IMG/VR virus record: IMGVR_UViG_3300048586_000904
Coordinates: 1 to 53,548 of that record
DNA: 53,548 bases
Source: a virus
Taxonomy: Duplodnaviria; Caudoviricetes
Direction: 5' to 3' (one strand)
A program made the position numbers and the translations under genes. Under the pieces are notes generated by a model. The model was given only the letters and a program-made list of their open reading frames with translations. It was not told where the DNA came from and did not search any database. Positions 27,325 through 36,565 of the stretch are shown here, one piece after another (within the stretch, counting starts at the first letter, position 1; every line of letters begins with the position of its first letter).

Positions 27325-27496
27325 ATTACCGCGCGTTGCACCGAAGCTACTGAGTGCCACATTGGCAGACGCGTTGTGGGGGCCACTGTTGGCCCACTGA
27401 CGCGTCCTCTGGTTGGCTTGGCGTTCCATACGAATGCGGTGCTTCGGTTGCGACGGTCGCTAACGTGTGCGATTCGTTGCGATCTCGATTGGTTAC

Positions 27497-27967
27497 TCAT
27501 GAGTAGCCTCGGATGATGTTGCCTGCTGCCTTCCAGAGTTCGATTGCATTCGTAGGCGTCCAGTTGCGAACGTTCTCGGCACCACCACCGGCGCCATGCC
27601 CCATTTCCCAATAGGTCACGTCGGGATTGATTCCGAATGCGGCTGATGCGTCGGCAGGAATCGTTTCCTCTTCGCCGTTTGGCTTGTTACTAGCGCCAAA
27701 GGAGAAGTCCATGCAGCGTCGGCCAGCAAACGCTGCGACTTCGTCGAAGGGTTGCACGTCGATCAGAAGCACATGGGTGTCGGGGCACTCGGAATGACCG
27801 CATGGAAACTCCACACGGAAGCTTGGCGTCCAACCAACGAGGTCGATCGGCTCATAGTCCCACTTCCATTTCGCTTGATCGAAGAAGCATGCCCATTGGG
27901 CTTCGAGACGGGAACGAAACTGGACGCCGTTGTAGAGGGTGGACCGAGACTCAAATGCGTGATTCAT
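27497..27967 (-). CDS. PD-(D/E)XK-like nuclease family protein
   Basis: YNGVQFRSRLEAQWACFFD...WDYEP pattern; the catalytic residues look degenerate (WTPSF, IDVQP). Confidence 0.6.
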   Translation of the reverse strand: MNHAFESRSTLYNGVQFRSRLEAQWACFFDQAKWKWDYEPIDLVGWTPSFRVEFPCGHSECPDTHVLLIDVQPFDEVAAFAGRRCMDFSFGASNKPNGEEETIPADASAAFGINPDVTYWEMGHGAGGGAENVRNWTPTNAIELWKAAGNIIRGYS

Positions 27968-28017
27968 ATCGCGGGTACCTTTCGAATTTGGGATGAGTGA
28001 GGACCAGTTGTTTTGGC

Positions 28018-28370
28018 TTGCGGACGTTGCGGACGTTGCGGACCTTTTTCCTATGCGAATACATACAGGGGAAAATTACGTGTTTTCCCCCCCAATACAG
28101 CAGATAACCTTTAAACGTCCGCAACGTCCGCAGATGAATCGAACTACCAATGATTTCATTGACGAAACGGATGCGGACGTTTGAGTGAGCAACGTCCGCA
28201 CAACGTCCGCAAGTGGCCTCAACGTCCGCACGAAAGTGTGTCGAAAGTGGCAAAATGGGAGAAAAACCATCCGTCGAATCCCGTTCTTTTGGTGTAATGA
28301 GTGGCTAAATGTTGCGGACGTTGTCCAAATTTGCGGACGTTGCGGACCTACGGCCTATAAAGGTCCGCAG
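28018..28370. repeat. Iteron-like repeat cluster, probable replication origin
   Basis: 13 copies of TGCGGAC/GTCCGCA (7 forward, 6 reverse), several as 9-bp tandems, at the 3' end of the primase-helicase gene. Confidence 0.75.
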
Positions 28371-30981
28371 GGTCGTGCGTGACTGCTTCTGTAGACTCTA
28401 GGCATACCTGGTAGGTCGTATACCGACGCGTTGTCGTCTTCCGAAATGTCGCGATAGAACCGTCATCTAAATCGAACCGTTCGTCGACAAAGCGCCCGGC
28501 GACGATGCCCATCCGTGTCGTCTGAGACCGTGATGTTCCACTGCCTAAGTCGGATTCCAAGAGGCCGTTTCGCATTGCAAGGTCAACGAGCTCAGCGGCC
28601 GTCCATGTGCCCTGCGGATGAAGTGCGAGCACGCCAATCAGCTCTTCGAACTCGCGGCGAGTTTCATCCATCTCGCTGGCGGCGTCTTCCGCATTGATCA
28701 TGAAGTCTGGTTCACCATTGGCGTCCAGAATGCCGCCGATGATGTTGCCCCAGCCCTTTTTGTTGAACCGTGTTTGAACCTTAGCAAGAGGCATGCCGCT
28801 GGCCTTCCAGCGTTCGACCATGTTTACGAGTTCGCCCAGCAACTGCAGCCGATGTGTTTGAACGTACCCCTCCGGATCGTCCATCGAGAAGGATCGCTTC
28901 GTGGGATCGCCTTCGTGGTGCAGATTGATGACCACGCAGCGAGTAATGAGGTCACGGCTTACATCAGGCGAGTTGGCAGTGATACAAAACAGATGTGAGT
29001 TCTCAGCGCGGATCTCTTGCGAAAACCCCAACAAACGAAAGGATAGAATCGGATCGGTGATAGACCGCTCGAGGCAAGCCGAATCGATCTTGGGATTGCG
29101 GCCACGGGCCTTGGCGTTATCGATGATGATGGTCGTCACGCCACGCCGGACGATTGTTCCTAAACGTTTCTCGAACTCTTCGTCGTTCGCGTTGTACGAT
29201 GCGGTTTCCACATGATTGCCATCCCGGAGAATTGCCAGAATCTGAGCAAGAACCGACTTGCCCAACTCGGGTTGATTCCCATTGAATAGCACAGCCGGCT
29301 TAGAACCGATGAAGCGTGAGACGAGCAGACCTGTAAGCAGAATGCCAATGTAATTGGTGCGATCGGCCGGCTTCCGCCAACAGAAGTCTCGCAACAACGC
29401 GTCGAGATGCTTGGTCCCCTCGACGGGATCGATGTTAGGACCAGCATAAAAGAACCCGGTTTTGGGATCGAAACCAGGGCTGACCAATCGCCAATCTTCC
29501 GTGTAAATTGGGTTGTGGCTAAACAGCCGGATGGCTGGAAGGCGTTCTCTTTGCCCCACATTGTTGAGCCAGGTGTTCGCATACGAGGATGGGAGCGGCT
29601 TGTACTCACCCCCGTCGTCATTCACGAAAAAGAACTCGACATGCTGGTTGAGTAGTCCTGTCAATTCTGCCGAGGAGAGAACCGGCGAGATGGATTGCTC
29701 CCTCACCACGACCATTTGCTCCACCCGATTGAAACAGGAGCCGGTGGCCAGCAATCGCTCGGTGATTTGGTCCATGGTCGTGGCCACAGGTGTTGAACGC
29801 GAGTCGATCGTAATGGTTCGGCGCTCGTCCGACTCCTCTACCTGCTGACCACCCGTGGGCTCAGGTACTGTAGGACTTTCCTGTGGCAAACGCTTCTTCA
29901 AGCGTTCGCACAAAGTAGCCCGCACATCGTATTCGCCACTCTCCCAGGTTAAGTCGAAGTAGCGGCGACCTCGCTCTGCGAACTTACCTACCGACTGGAG
30001 CCGATTCCAGACCTCATCTCTTGCAATCCCATTCCGAATCGCATAACAGCAGACAGCAAAATCAGCCTCGGAACGTGCACCATCGGGAGCGATTGCGCAT
30101 GCGGCAATGAGTTCGGAGAGCTTGTCCGATTTTCCAGCCGATAGTTTACGAACCGCAGGCAATGGCATCGCCTCGATCTGCCGCCGGCGTTTCGTAGATT
30201 CGCTCGTCTTTGCGAACTTCTGAAACGCATCCAAAGAATACCGCCGGCATCCATCACATTCGATCAATTCCGCTTTGATCGGTGTGCGACCATTTCGTTG
30301 ATCTTTGCGATTCAATGTGCCCGGCAGTCGGAGCAACCGAGTGAGGTCTGTCGTATGATCACCGCTGATCGCAGCCGCGATGCCAGTTAAAAGGTCTTGG
30401 GCCTGAAGTGCTTTCGGACTTGTTTTGGTCAAATGATGGCGCTGATCCACAAAAACACGATCTTTACCATCCAGTATGTATCGTCTCGGTTTCTTTCGTC
30501 CATCGCTACCGAGAGCCCACTCCGTTTCAACGGGAGGTGGATCGCCAGCGTCGTCGATTAGGAATGGGAGATCCAGCAGCCAGTAGAGATGCACACCATT
30601 CCCACTACTCACAATCGCCGTAGGCGAAGGCATCGACTGGGATGCGCACCGTTCAATGGATTGTGCAACGCTGCATCCATCAATATCGGCCCACAGGCAG
30701 CGAATAACCCGAATCTGCCAAGCGAGGTCAAATCGACCTTTGTTGCCTACTCGTGGACAGACCCCGAAAAACAAATTGGTACGTTCGGACTCGGAGCTTT
30801 TGACCAGCCGATCGAGTGTCTGCTCGAGCGTTACGGCCTTGGCGGGCCGATAGCAAACATTGCGATAATCGACGCGGCTGCGTTTTCGTCCACTTTCATT
30901 CCAAGTCTCCACGGGACGAAAGAGGATGAGATCGGGCGGATCATACAATGTTGTCAATAAGGTGATCGCTGGATGAGTCAA
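28348..30981 (-). CDS. RepB-type primase fused to a P-loop helicase domain
   Basis: LWADID, SSGNGVHLYW and RLLRLPGTLNRK primase motifs; GNQPELGKS, IIIDN and ITAN in the NTPase domain. Confidence 0.85.
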   Translation of the reverse strand: MTHPAITLLTTLYDPPDLILFRPVETWNESGRKRSRVDYRNVCYRPAKAVTLEQTLDRLVKSSESERTNLFFGVCPRVGNKGRFDLAWQIRVIRCLWADIDGCSVAQSIERCASQSMPSPTAIVSSGNGVHLYWLLDLPFLIDDAGDPPPVETEWALGSDGRKKPRRYILDGKDRVFVDQRHHLTKTSPKALQAQDLLTGIAAAISGDHTTDLTRLLRLPGTLNRKDQRNGRTPIKAELIECDGCRRYSLDAFQKFAKTSESTKRRRQIEAMPLPAVRKLSAGKSDKLSELIAACAIAPDGARSEADFAVCCYAIRNGIARDEVWNRLQSVGKFAERGRRYFDLTWESGEYDVRATLCERLKKRLPQESPTVPEPTGGQQVEESDERRTITIDSRSTPVATTMDQITERLLATGSCFNRVEQMVVVREQSISPVLSSAELTGLLNQHVEFFFVNDDGGEYKPLPSSYANTWLNNVGQRERLPAIRLFSHNPIYTEDWRLVSPGFDPKTGFFYAGPNIDPVEGTKHLDALLRDFCWRKPADRTNYIGILLTGLLVSRFIGSKPAVLFNGNQPELGKSVLAQILAILRDGNHVETASYNANDEEFEKRLGTIVRRGVTTIIIDNAKARGRNPKIDSACLERSITDPILSFRLLGFSQEIRAENSHLFCITANSPDVSRDLITRCVVINLHHEGDPTKRSFSMDDPEGYVQTHRLQLLGELVNMVERWKASGMPLAKVQTRFNKKGWGNIIGGILDANGEPDFMINAEDAASEMDETRREFEELIGVLALHPQGTWTAAELVDLAMRNGLLESDLGSGTSRSQTTRMGIVAGRFVDERFDLDDGSIATFRKTTTRRYTTYQVCLESTEAVTHDPADLYRP

Positions 30982-31247
30982 GCTGCGCCACCCTTATTTG
31001 CGTGGTCGCTGGCTGGTACCCGCACTCCCATCGATTTCAAGACTCGCGACCCATGGCCCGTTTCACAAAATCGAACCACTGGCTCGTTCTCATCGGATAG
31101 TGATGCAAGCTGAGCCCAGCTAACACTTTTCCATTTGCGACAGCGGTATGCACGAATGGCAATCCCAGAATCATCGAAACGAACAACAAGGTTGAGGATT
31201 GGGAAATGCCGGACGATTGGGCGACTGAAACGGGTGAGTTGCGACAT
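30978..31247 (-). CDS. Hypothetical protein
   Basis: 89 aa, tightly packed between RusA and the primase. Confidence 0.6.
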   Translation of the reverse strand: MSQLTRFSRPIVRHFPILNLVVRFDDSGIAIRAYRCRKWKSVSWAQLASLSDENEPVVRFCETGHGSRVLKSMGVRVPASDHANKGGAA

Positions 31248-31249
31248 GG

Positions 31250-31633
31250 CTAGGCGATCTCCATTGCGGGAGAAAGCGATTGCGACGTCTCATCGCTGAG
31301 TTGAACCCTGATTGTGCCGCTCTTCTGCGATTCGTGTTTGATCGAAAGTAACCAGACAACTTGCGAGTCATCCCAGAAAGCGCCGGCATGTTGTAACGCA
31401 TCGAGTACAGATTTTTGTACGTTATCTGCGTCGCGCCGACGATCATCAGGCGGGGTGATATCGATACGAATCGCTAGCGGTCCCATTAAAGGTTTGATAC
31501 CAGCGGCGATCGCCATTCGTCGAACCTGATGACGATACGATCGCGCATCTTTTGAAAGCACGGGACGTCCTTGGTAGTAGCTGAAGTAATGATTTATCGA
31601 CGGTGGGTAAGGGAGTGTGAGCTCGGTAACCAT
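31250..31633 (-). CDS. rusA: RusA-family Holliday junction resolvase
   Basis: LPYPPSIN...PPDDRRRDADNVQKSVLDAL...DDSQV. Confidence 0.92.
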   Translation of the reverse strand: MVTELTLPYPPSINHYFSYYQGRPVLSKDARSYRHQVRRMAIAAGIKPLMGPLAIRIDITPPDDRRRDADNVQKSVLDALQHAGAFWDDSQVVWLLSIKHESQKSGTIRVQLSDETSQSLSPAMEIA

Positions 31634-31651
31634 CCCTGCTTCCTTTTGCTG

Positions 31652-31719
31652 AAATAGAAAAAGCTGGAACGGAGCGAATGGCCGATTAGCAACGACTCAT
31701 TCGCTTTGCCCGTCCCAGC
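31652..31719 (-). terminator. Long hairpin with U-tract (terminator or attenuator)
   Basis: GCTGGAACGG/CCGTCCCAGC and AGCGAATG/CATTCGCT stems, followed by TTTTTCTATTT on the minus strand. Confidence 0.5.
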
Positions 31720-31749
31720 CGCACCCGTGCGAACTCAAGCCGCTTGTGA

Positions 31750-32214
31750 TCAGAACGGTATATCCCCTGACGATGGGACTTCACCGTTTGATGCGGCTGC
31801 AAGTCGGATGCGTCGATTGAAGTAGACGTTGGTGTAGTCACCACGAGTCCGCTTCGTGACTTCCAAGGTCACATCGAGCAGTTCTTCGAGTCGCCCAGAC
31901 AATTCGCTGAATTTGGAAAGTTCGATCCCCAGCGTTTTCAGGTCTCCCTTCACATAGGGAATCGACGCTTGGGTGATGACCGAGTTCTTGAAGATGTGGC
32001 GGCCGGCCTGGGAGCCAGACATCACTTCCAAATCGAACTTGATCATCGGATCGCCCTTCTGACTGTTTTCAAGTCGTACCGATTCGATGCGCGCTTGATA
32101 CTTGCCATCCGGCACTTCGTCGTACTCCGGTGCTTCCGCCGTTTCGAATTCATCATCGAACGACGATAAATCAACCGCTGGGTTGTTGGGTTCGTATTCT
32201 TCGTAATCGCTCAT
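31750..32214 (-). CDS. DUF669 family, putative ssDNA-binding protein
   Basis: VPDGKYQARIESV...GDPMIK motif and acidic GDIPF tail. Confidence 0.8.
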   Translation of the reverse strand: MSDYEEYEPNNPAVDLSSFDDEFETAEAPEYDEVPDGKYQARIESVRLENSQKGDPMIKFDLEVMSGSQAGRHIFKNSVITQASIPYVKGDLKTLGIELSKFSELSGRLEELLDVTLEVTKRTRGDYTNVYFNRRIRLAAASNGEVPSSGDIPF

Positions 32215-33014
32215 TACTTAATAGCCTTTCCTGCTGGGGTACTGCCCGGAGTGGAAGAAGAAGCAGCAGGGCCTTTGCCGGGCGAAGGGCTCTGTGCAGT
32301 TGAATTCGACGAGGTGACGCTGAATGCCGAATGGAAAGCGGCATAGCTCAGCGGCAACATTTCTGGCAAGCGACCCGTGCGATCGCCGGCCTCGTAGGTT
32401 GGATGCGGTTTGGTTCGGAGCACGCGATCTACAACAAGATTGCCAGCAGCGTCCTTACGCGAGACCGAGTCGCCGTAGAGGATGATGTCGACCAGACCCA
32501 ACACAACGTTTCGAGCACGATCAGGTAAACTCGGTGTGGTCTTGGTGTACTCACCCGTTCGCGTTTCAATTGTCTTGTCGACAGCGTGCGAGATGAGAAT
32601 CAAGCCGTATGGCAAACTGGCCAGACGCGTCAGTACTCGATGCCATTCGTTTTTGACCAGCGCCCAGCCTTTGCCGTGCCCCATGTCGCCTTCGTACTCA
32701 ATGCCATGCTTGGCACACACATAGTCCGAGCACATCTTGAACGCATTGTCGACCGTATCGATCACCAGCGTCTTGAAGTTGTGATCACCTTTGGCGATGA
32801 GTTTGCAAGCTTCCAAGAATGTTTCCCATGAATAGGTTGGCACCTTGAATACTTCCAAGTGATTGAGACCTGGCTCGCATTCGAAGAACACAGCGTCAGG
32901 AAAATTTGAAGCGAAGGTGCTCTTCCCAAGCTTGGGCACCGAGTAGATCAATATGCTTTGTCTTGCCAGATCCGTTATTGGTCGGGTCTTAGCGGAAGGT
33001 AATGTCATTGTCAT
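32214..33014 (-). CDS. AAA_24/Sak4-like recombination ATPase
   Basis: PKLGKST, TLVIDTVD and ILISHA motifs; likely start at ATG 33014. Confidence 0.85.
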   Translation of the reverse strand: MTMTLPSAKTRPITDLARQSILIYSVPKLGKSTFASNFPDAVFFECEPGLNHLEVFKVPTYSWETFLEACKLIAKGDHNFKTLVIDTVDNAFKMCSDYVCAKHGIEYEGDMGHGKGWALVKNEWHRVLTRLASLPYGLILISHAVDKTIETRTGEYTKTTPSLPDRARNVVLGLVDIILYGDSVSRKDAAGNLVVDRVLRTKPHPTYEAGDRTGRLPEMLPLSYAAFHSAFSVTSSNSTAQSPSPGKGPAASSSTPGSTPAGKAIK

Positions 33015-33033
33015 AAAATAGAATTCCTCTAAA

Positions 33034-34080
33034 TCAAAACGGGGGTGCTTCAGAATCAACACGAGATAGCTCTTCGTTAGGGAGAGCGATCTCGTACAGG
33101 TTGTCAGCGACGTTTGGATTGAATCCCGACTGGCAATAAGCCAAGTACTCGCACGGTCGTTGGTACGAGAAGCAATTCGAGGTGTTGAGCAGCCATTTGC
33201 CACGTCGGCGGGCATCGAGGTATTGCTGCGTTATCTCCCAGACCTCGTCTTGCAACATGGCAAGTCGGTCTTCGGAGAGATAAATGAATTCGCGATGGAA
33301 GGCCTCGGGACGGGAATACCATTCCGTTAGCCGAACTTGGAACTCATCGTCGGTCTCAGGCATCTGCCGCTTGGCGGTTGACTTGCCGCTCTTATTCTTG
33401 GATGCCAATTCGGCTTTGCGAGCCTCGTACTCTTCCTGCGTTTCGCCTTTCCCTTGCTTGAGCCGACTCTTGAGCAACACGTTGTAGATGACACCCACGA
33501 TCGGATAGCCCAACTCTCGCAGGTAATGGCAGTACAAGGCGATTTGCGTGTCGGTCCACAGTTTGTCGAGATAGCTCGCATCAACAGATGATGCCGTTTT
33601 ATGCTCAATCAGGTACAAACCATCGTGGCAACGAACGATACCATCAACCTTGCCAGCGATACGGAAGGTTTGACTTTGCCGACCTGTGTCAGGGTTGCGG
33701 ATCTCGCCGACGAACTCCTTTTCTACTTCGACAACCTCGAACTCTTCGATTGCATAGCGTTCGGCGTAACCACGGATCATCGCCGTTGCCAGATGCCACT
33801 GAACCATCTGGTTCGAATTAGCGAGGCGATCTTCAAAAGCATCATCCATGTACGTGAGCACATCGCGAAGCCGAGACTCAGCCTCTTGCGACCGATACCA
33901 AAGCTCGATCGCCGTATGAATAACGCTCCCGAACGACAACGCCTCTGCACGCTCACGCGGTCGCAATTTATCGAGATAGCGGTTCTTATACTTTCTTGGA
34001 CAATTGCGAAACGTATTCAGCGCTGAATAGGTTAGCAGCGTCTTGTCGTTCGATTCATTCTGTGTCACTAGTTGGGACAT
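33034..34080 (-). CDS. PD-(D/E)XK (RecB/Cas4-like) exonuclease
   Basis: TYSALNTFRNCP, GSVIH, GKVDG, IEHKT, QIALY and a C-terminal Cys cluster. Confidence 0.9.
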   Translation of the reverse strand: MSQLVTQNESNDKTLLTYSALNTFRNCPRKYKNRYLDKLRPRERAEALSFGSVIHTAIELWYRSQEAESRLRDVLTYMDDAFEDRLANSNQMVQWHLATAMIRGYAERYAIEEFEVVEVEKEFVGEIRNPDTGRQSQTFRIAGKVDGIVRCHDGLYLIEHKTASSVDASYLDKLWTDTQIALYCHYLRELGYPIVGVIYNVLLKSRLKQGKGETQEEYEARKAELASKNKSGKSTAKRQMPETDDEFQVRLTEWYSRPEAFHREFIYLSEDRLAMLQDEVWEITQQYLDARRRGKWLLNTSNCFSYQRPCEYLAYCQSGFNPNVADNLYEIALPNEELSRVDSEAPPF

Positions 34081-34129
34081 GGGTGCTTGGTGTTACAGTC
34101 TTGAGGTGTTCTATTGCGCGTATCGATAT

Positions 34130-34414
34130 CTAGAAGAATCTCAACTCGTAGGTTTCTTGATCCTCAATCAGAATGCCGTTGAGGCGTTTTGCCCCCCGTT
34201 CTCGTGCGATTTGTGCTTCACAGAGCCTTAGGGACGCATTGACTTGCGAGCACTTCTTACAAATGCGGTTCGATGCACCTTTGGAACGAAACGTTTGATT
34301 GCACTTCAGGCACATCCGATCACCGGGTTCGTGTGGCAAAAGTCGCGAAGTCATGGTCAATGGATCTTTCAGCAAATAGGTCGAAACGGGATGGGGCGAC
34401 AGTTTGCGGATCAA
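34130..34414 (-). CDS. Small zinc-finger protein
   Basis: CLKC-x12-CKKC motif; start uncertain. Confidence 0.65.
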   Translation of the reverse strand: MIRKLSPHPVSTYLLKDPLTMTSRLLPHEPGDRMCLKCNQTFRSKGASNRICKKCSQVNASLRLCEAQIARERGAKRLNGILIEDQETYELRFF

Positions 34415-34650
34415 ACCGTGTCGATGGACTCAACCTCGAAGTTGCCTTCGTTGTCGCTAGTCACCAGATAGTGCTGGTGCATGATGTTCGCGACGAAGCG
34501 ACTTCCACGGGGAATCGCTTGTCGGATCGTTTGACAGGATTCATTGAACTCGTCAGATGCGGCTTCGAAGTGTTCGACGGCTCGCAGGTATCGCTGCAAA
34601 GCGAGCGAGACGGTGACTCGTTCCTCGATATTCATGGCGGGTGCAGTCAT
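34411..34650 (-). CDS. Hypothetical protein
   Basis: 79 aa, first gene after the candidate sigma promoter; AGAAGGA SD. Confidence 0.7.
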   Translation of the reverse strand: MTAPAMNIEERVTVSLALQRYLRAVEHFEAASDEFNESCQTIRQAIPRGSRFVANIMHQHYLVTSDNEGNFEVESIDTV

Positions 34651-34699
34651 TAACGAATGTCCTTCTACAACTGGTGACTATTGGCTAAAACATGCTCTC

Positions 34700-34739
34700 T
34701 CTATCTGTTGGAATACCCGGTACCCGGGTGAGTTGACGG
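34700..34739 (-). promoter_or_regulatory. Candidate phage-sigma promoter, copy B
   Basis: CCGTCAA-N9-GTACCGGGTATTCCAACAGATAGA, starting immediately after the sigma stop codon. Confidence 0.7.
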
Positions 34740-35336
34740 TTACGATTCCAGATATCTTTCGAATCCTGCTTCTTCGAAGAGCTTGCGGATTTGCAACATC
34801 CAGTCATTGAGCGTGGTACGAGGGATGCCGAGGTCGCGAGAAATCTCAGTCATTGAGTGGGTTTGACGGCGACGGAGCACGTCCTGGAATTTCTCCGGCA
34901 ATTTCGACATAAACGCTGCGAGATCCATGCGTAAGTCGTTAAGCTCTTCTTCTCGAATTCGGCGAGCGCGCCCGAGTCGTCGATCTTGGTCTTGGTCACG
35001 GAGTGTCTGAGACATTTCGACTTGACCACCGTCATCACCACGGACAGTCTTGCTCAAACTGACTCGACCGACCGTCGCACGTTTTACAACGAATCGATCG
35101 CGAATGACGTTAGCTAGGTGGCGTTGCACTACAGTGCAGACGTAGGGGTAGAGATGGCCGACCGATGGATCGTAGAGTCGCAGACTCTTAGTGGCACGAA
35201 CGTAAACCTCTTGGACCAGATCATTGCGATCCTGCTGGGTAAAGTCGGATTTGGCGATTAGATTTCCGACCTGACGATGGATGACACTTCGAACGAAGTT
35301 GTCATCGGCGAGATTGATAGAGTGGTTGTCTGACAC
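34740..35336 (-). CDS. Sigma-70/ECF-like RNA polymerase sigma factor
   Basis: DRNDLVQE (region 2), YDPSVG, and region-4 HTH SMTEISRDLGIPRTTL; GTG at 35336 after AGGAGG. Confidence 0.85.
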   Translation of the reverse strand: MSDNHSINLADDNFVRSVIHRQVGNLIAKSDFTQQDRNDLVQEVYVRATKSLRLYDPSVGHLYPYVCTVVQRHLANVIRDRFVVKRATVGRVSLSKTVRGDDGGQVEMSQTLRDQDQDRRLGRARRIREEELNDLRMDLAAFMSKLPEKFQDVLRRRQTHSMTEISRDLGIPRTTLNDWMLQIRKLFEEAGFERYLES

Positions 35337-35458
35337 GAACGGACCTCCTGAATGAGGCCCCACAGGCGACAGGTCCGAGAGTTTAAGCCTGTGAGGCTCG
35401 CCCGCTCATTCGCGGGCTGTTTTCTGATGTGAATCAGACCTGTCGTCCGCTACTGGCG

Positions 35459-35612
35459 AAAATTCCCAAAACGGGCTGGGAAAGAAGAAAATTCCCGAAC
35501 GTCATCGCAAGAGTCCCAGGAAAACACTGGGTAAACGCAAACAGAAATTTGCTAAAATCCCCAGAGTGGGGTTTGGGGAAATTCCCAAAACTCCGATGGG
35601 CCAAAAATTGGG
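35459..35612. promoter_or_regulatory. Operator-like AAATTCCC repeats in a divergent control region
   Basis: AAATTCCCAAAAC exact at 35460 and 35579, variants at 35489 and about 35554. Confidence 0.45.
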
Positions 35613-35620
35613 AGTTGCAA

Positions 35621-36496
35621 GTGGGAATAGACCTAAAAGGCGTCGCAAAAGCGCATTGGAGTGACCGCCCTCGACTAAACTCCAGTGTGACCGTCGTTCC
35701 TAGTTCATCTGGGACGAACAATCGGCACTTTAGATGCGAACAAGACAATTCCAGCTACTTTATCAAGCTTAGTGATGGATGGTCGCCATTCGATGAAAGA
35801 GCCGTCTTGGATATGCATGAGCGCGAGGAGTTGTTTTCCATTCTCGCGAAAGCTTTACAGTTACCCGTGGTTGATGCGTGGTACATACGCGCCGACTTAC
35901 TGAGACTACCTTCCTCGGTTTGGTCGGGTAATATTATCCCAGACAAGGCAACGGTATCAGTTTGGCTAAAACGCGATTTTGAATGTCCCGCATGCTCGCG
36001 ATCATCGAAATCGTTCACGCAAAAAGAACTCTTGAATCTGAGCGATCTTTTCCTTTATTGCCTTTGGATCGGCGATGAAGATCGAAAGAAAAGCGACGTC
36101 ATTTGGATTGGTGATCGACCACACCTGTTTGATCAATCCCTTTCTGGACCGCCTTCAAAGCCAAATTCGTCAAAAACATACTGTAGAGGAACACATCACC
36201 AGAGATTTGACCTGAAACTGTTTTCTAAGGAACAAGTGGTCAAAATGAGCCCCAGCGGATACCCCTCCCTTCTTGCCCACACTGTCCGAGATCACTCAAG
36301 TGAACTGCCAATCTCTACACTGCATCAAAGGATTCGAGATATAGAGCAGCGCGATATAGAGAATGTCGTGAATCAACTGGGGATACAAAACCGAATTGCC
36401 GAGGAGTTGTGCAAACGACAAGAATCGCTCAAAGCAGACTACGAAAACTGGCGGCAGGAAGTTGCGGAGATCTTTGGACGTCGATTTTTGGCATAG
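35621..36496 (+). CDS. HipA/PI3-PI4K-like kinase (atypical catalytic loop)
   Basis: YFIK, E.LFSILAKALQLPV, WIGDEDRKKSD and LFDQS motifs; likely GTG start after GGGAG; AT-richer than its neighbours. Confidence 0.6.
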   Translation: MGIDLKGVAKAHWSDRPRLNSSVTVVPSSSGTNNRHFRCEQDNSSYFIKLSDGWSPFDERAVLDMHEREELFSILAKALQLPVVDAWYIRADLLRLPSSVWSGNIIPDKATVSVWLKRDFECPACSRSSKSFTQKELLNLSDLFLYCLWIGDEDRKKSDVIWIGDRPHLFDQSLSGPPSKPNSSKTYCRGTHHQRFDLKLFSKEQVVKMSPSGYPSLLAHTVRDHSSELPISTLHQRIRDIEQRDIENVVNQLGIQNRIAEELCKRQESLKADYENWRQEVAEIFGRRFLA

Positions 36497-36565
36497 GTCG
36501 TAAAGAAGTTGTTTGATTGATTGATTCGAGAATTGACACTACCGGTGAATGCCTGATTATTAGCC

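Noticed and set aside
28018-28370. Repeat cluster as a CRISPR array
   Set aside because: Units are 7-9 bp, in both orientations and irregularly spaced; no cas operon.
33034-34080. Cas4-like nuclease as CRISPR-associated
   Set aside because: It sits in a standard phage recombination module with AAA_24 and DUF669.
35429-35620. N-terminal 64 codons of the kinase ORF
   Set aside because: They coincide with the AAATTCCC repeats; the GTG at 35621 has a better SD.
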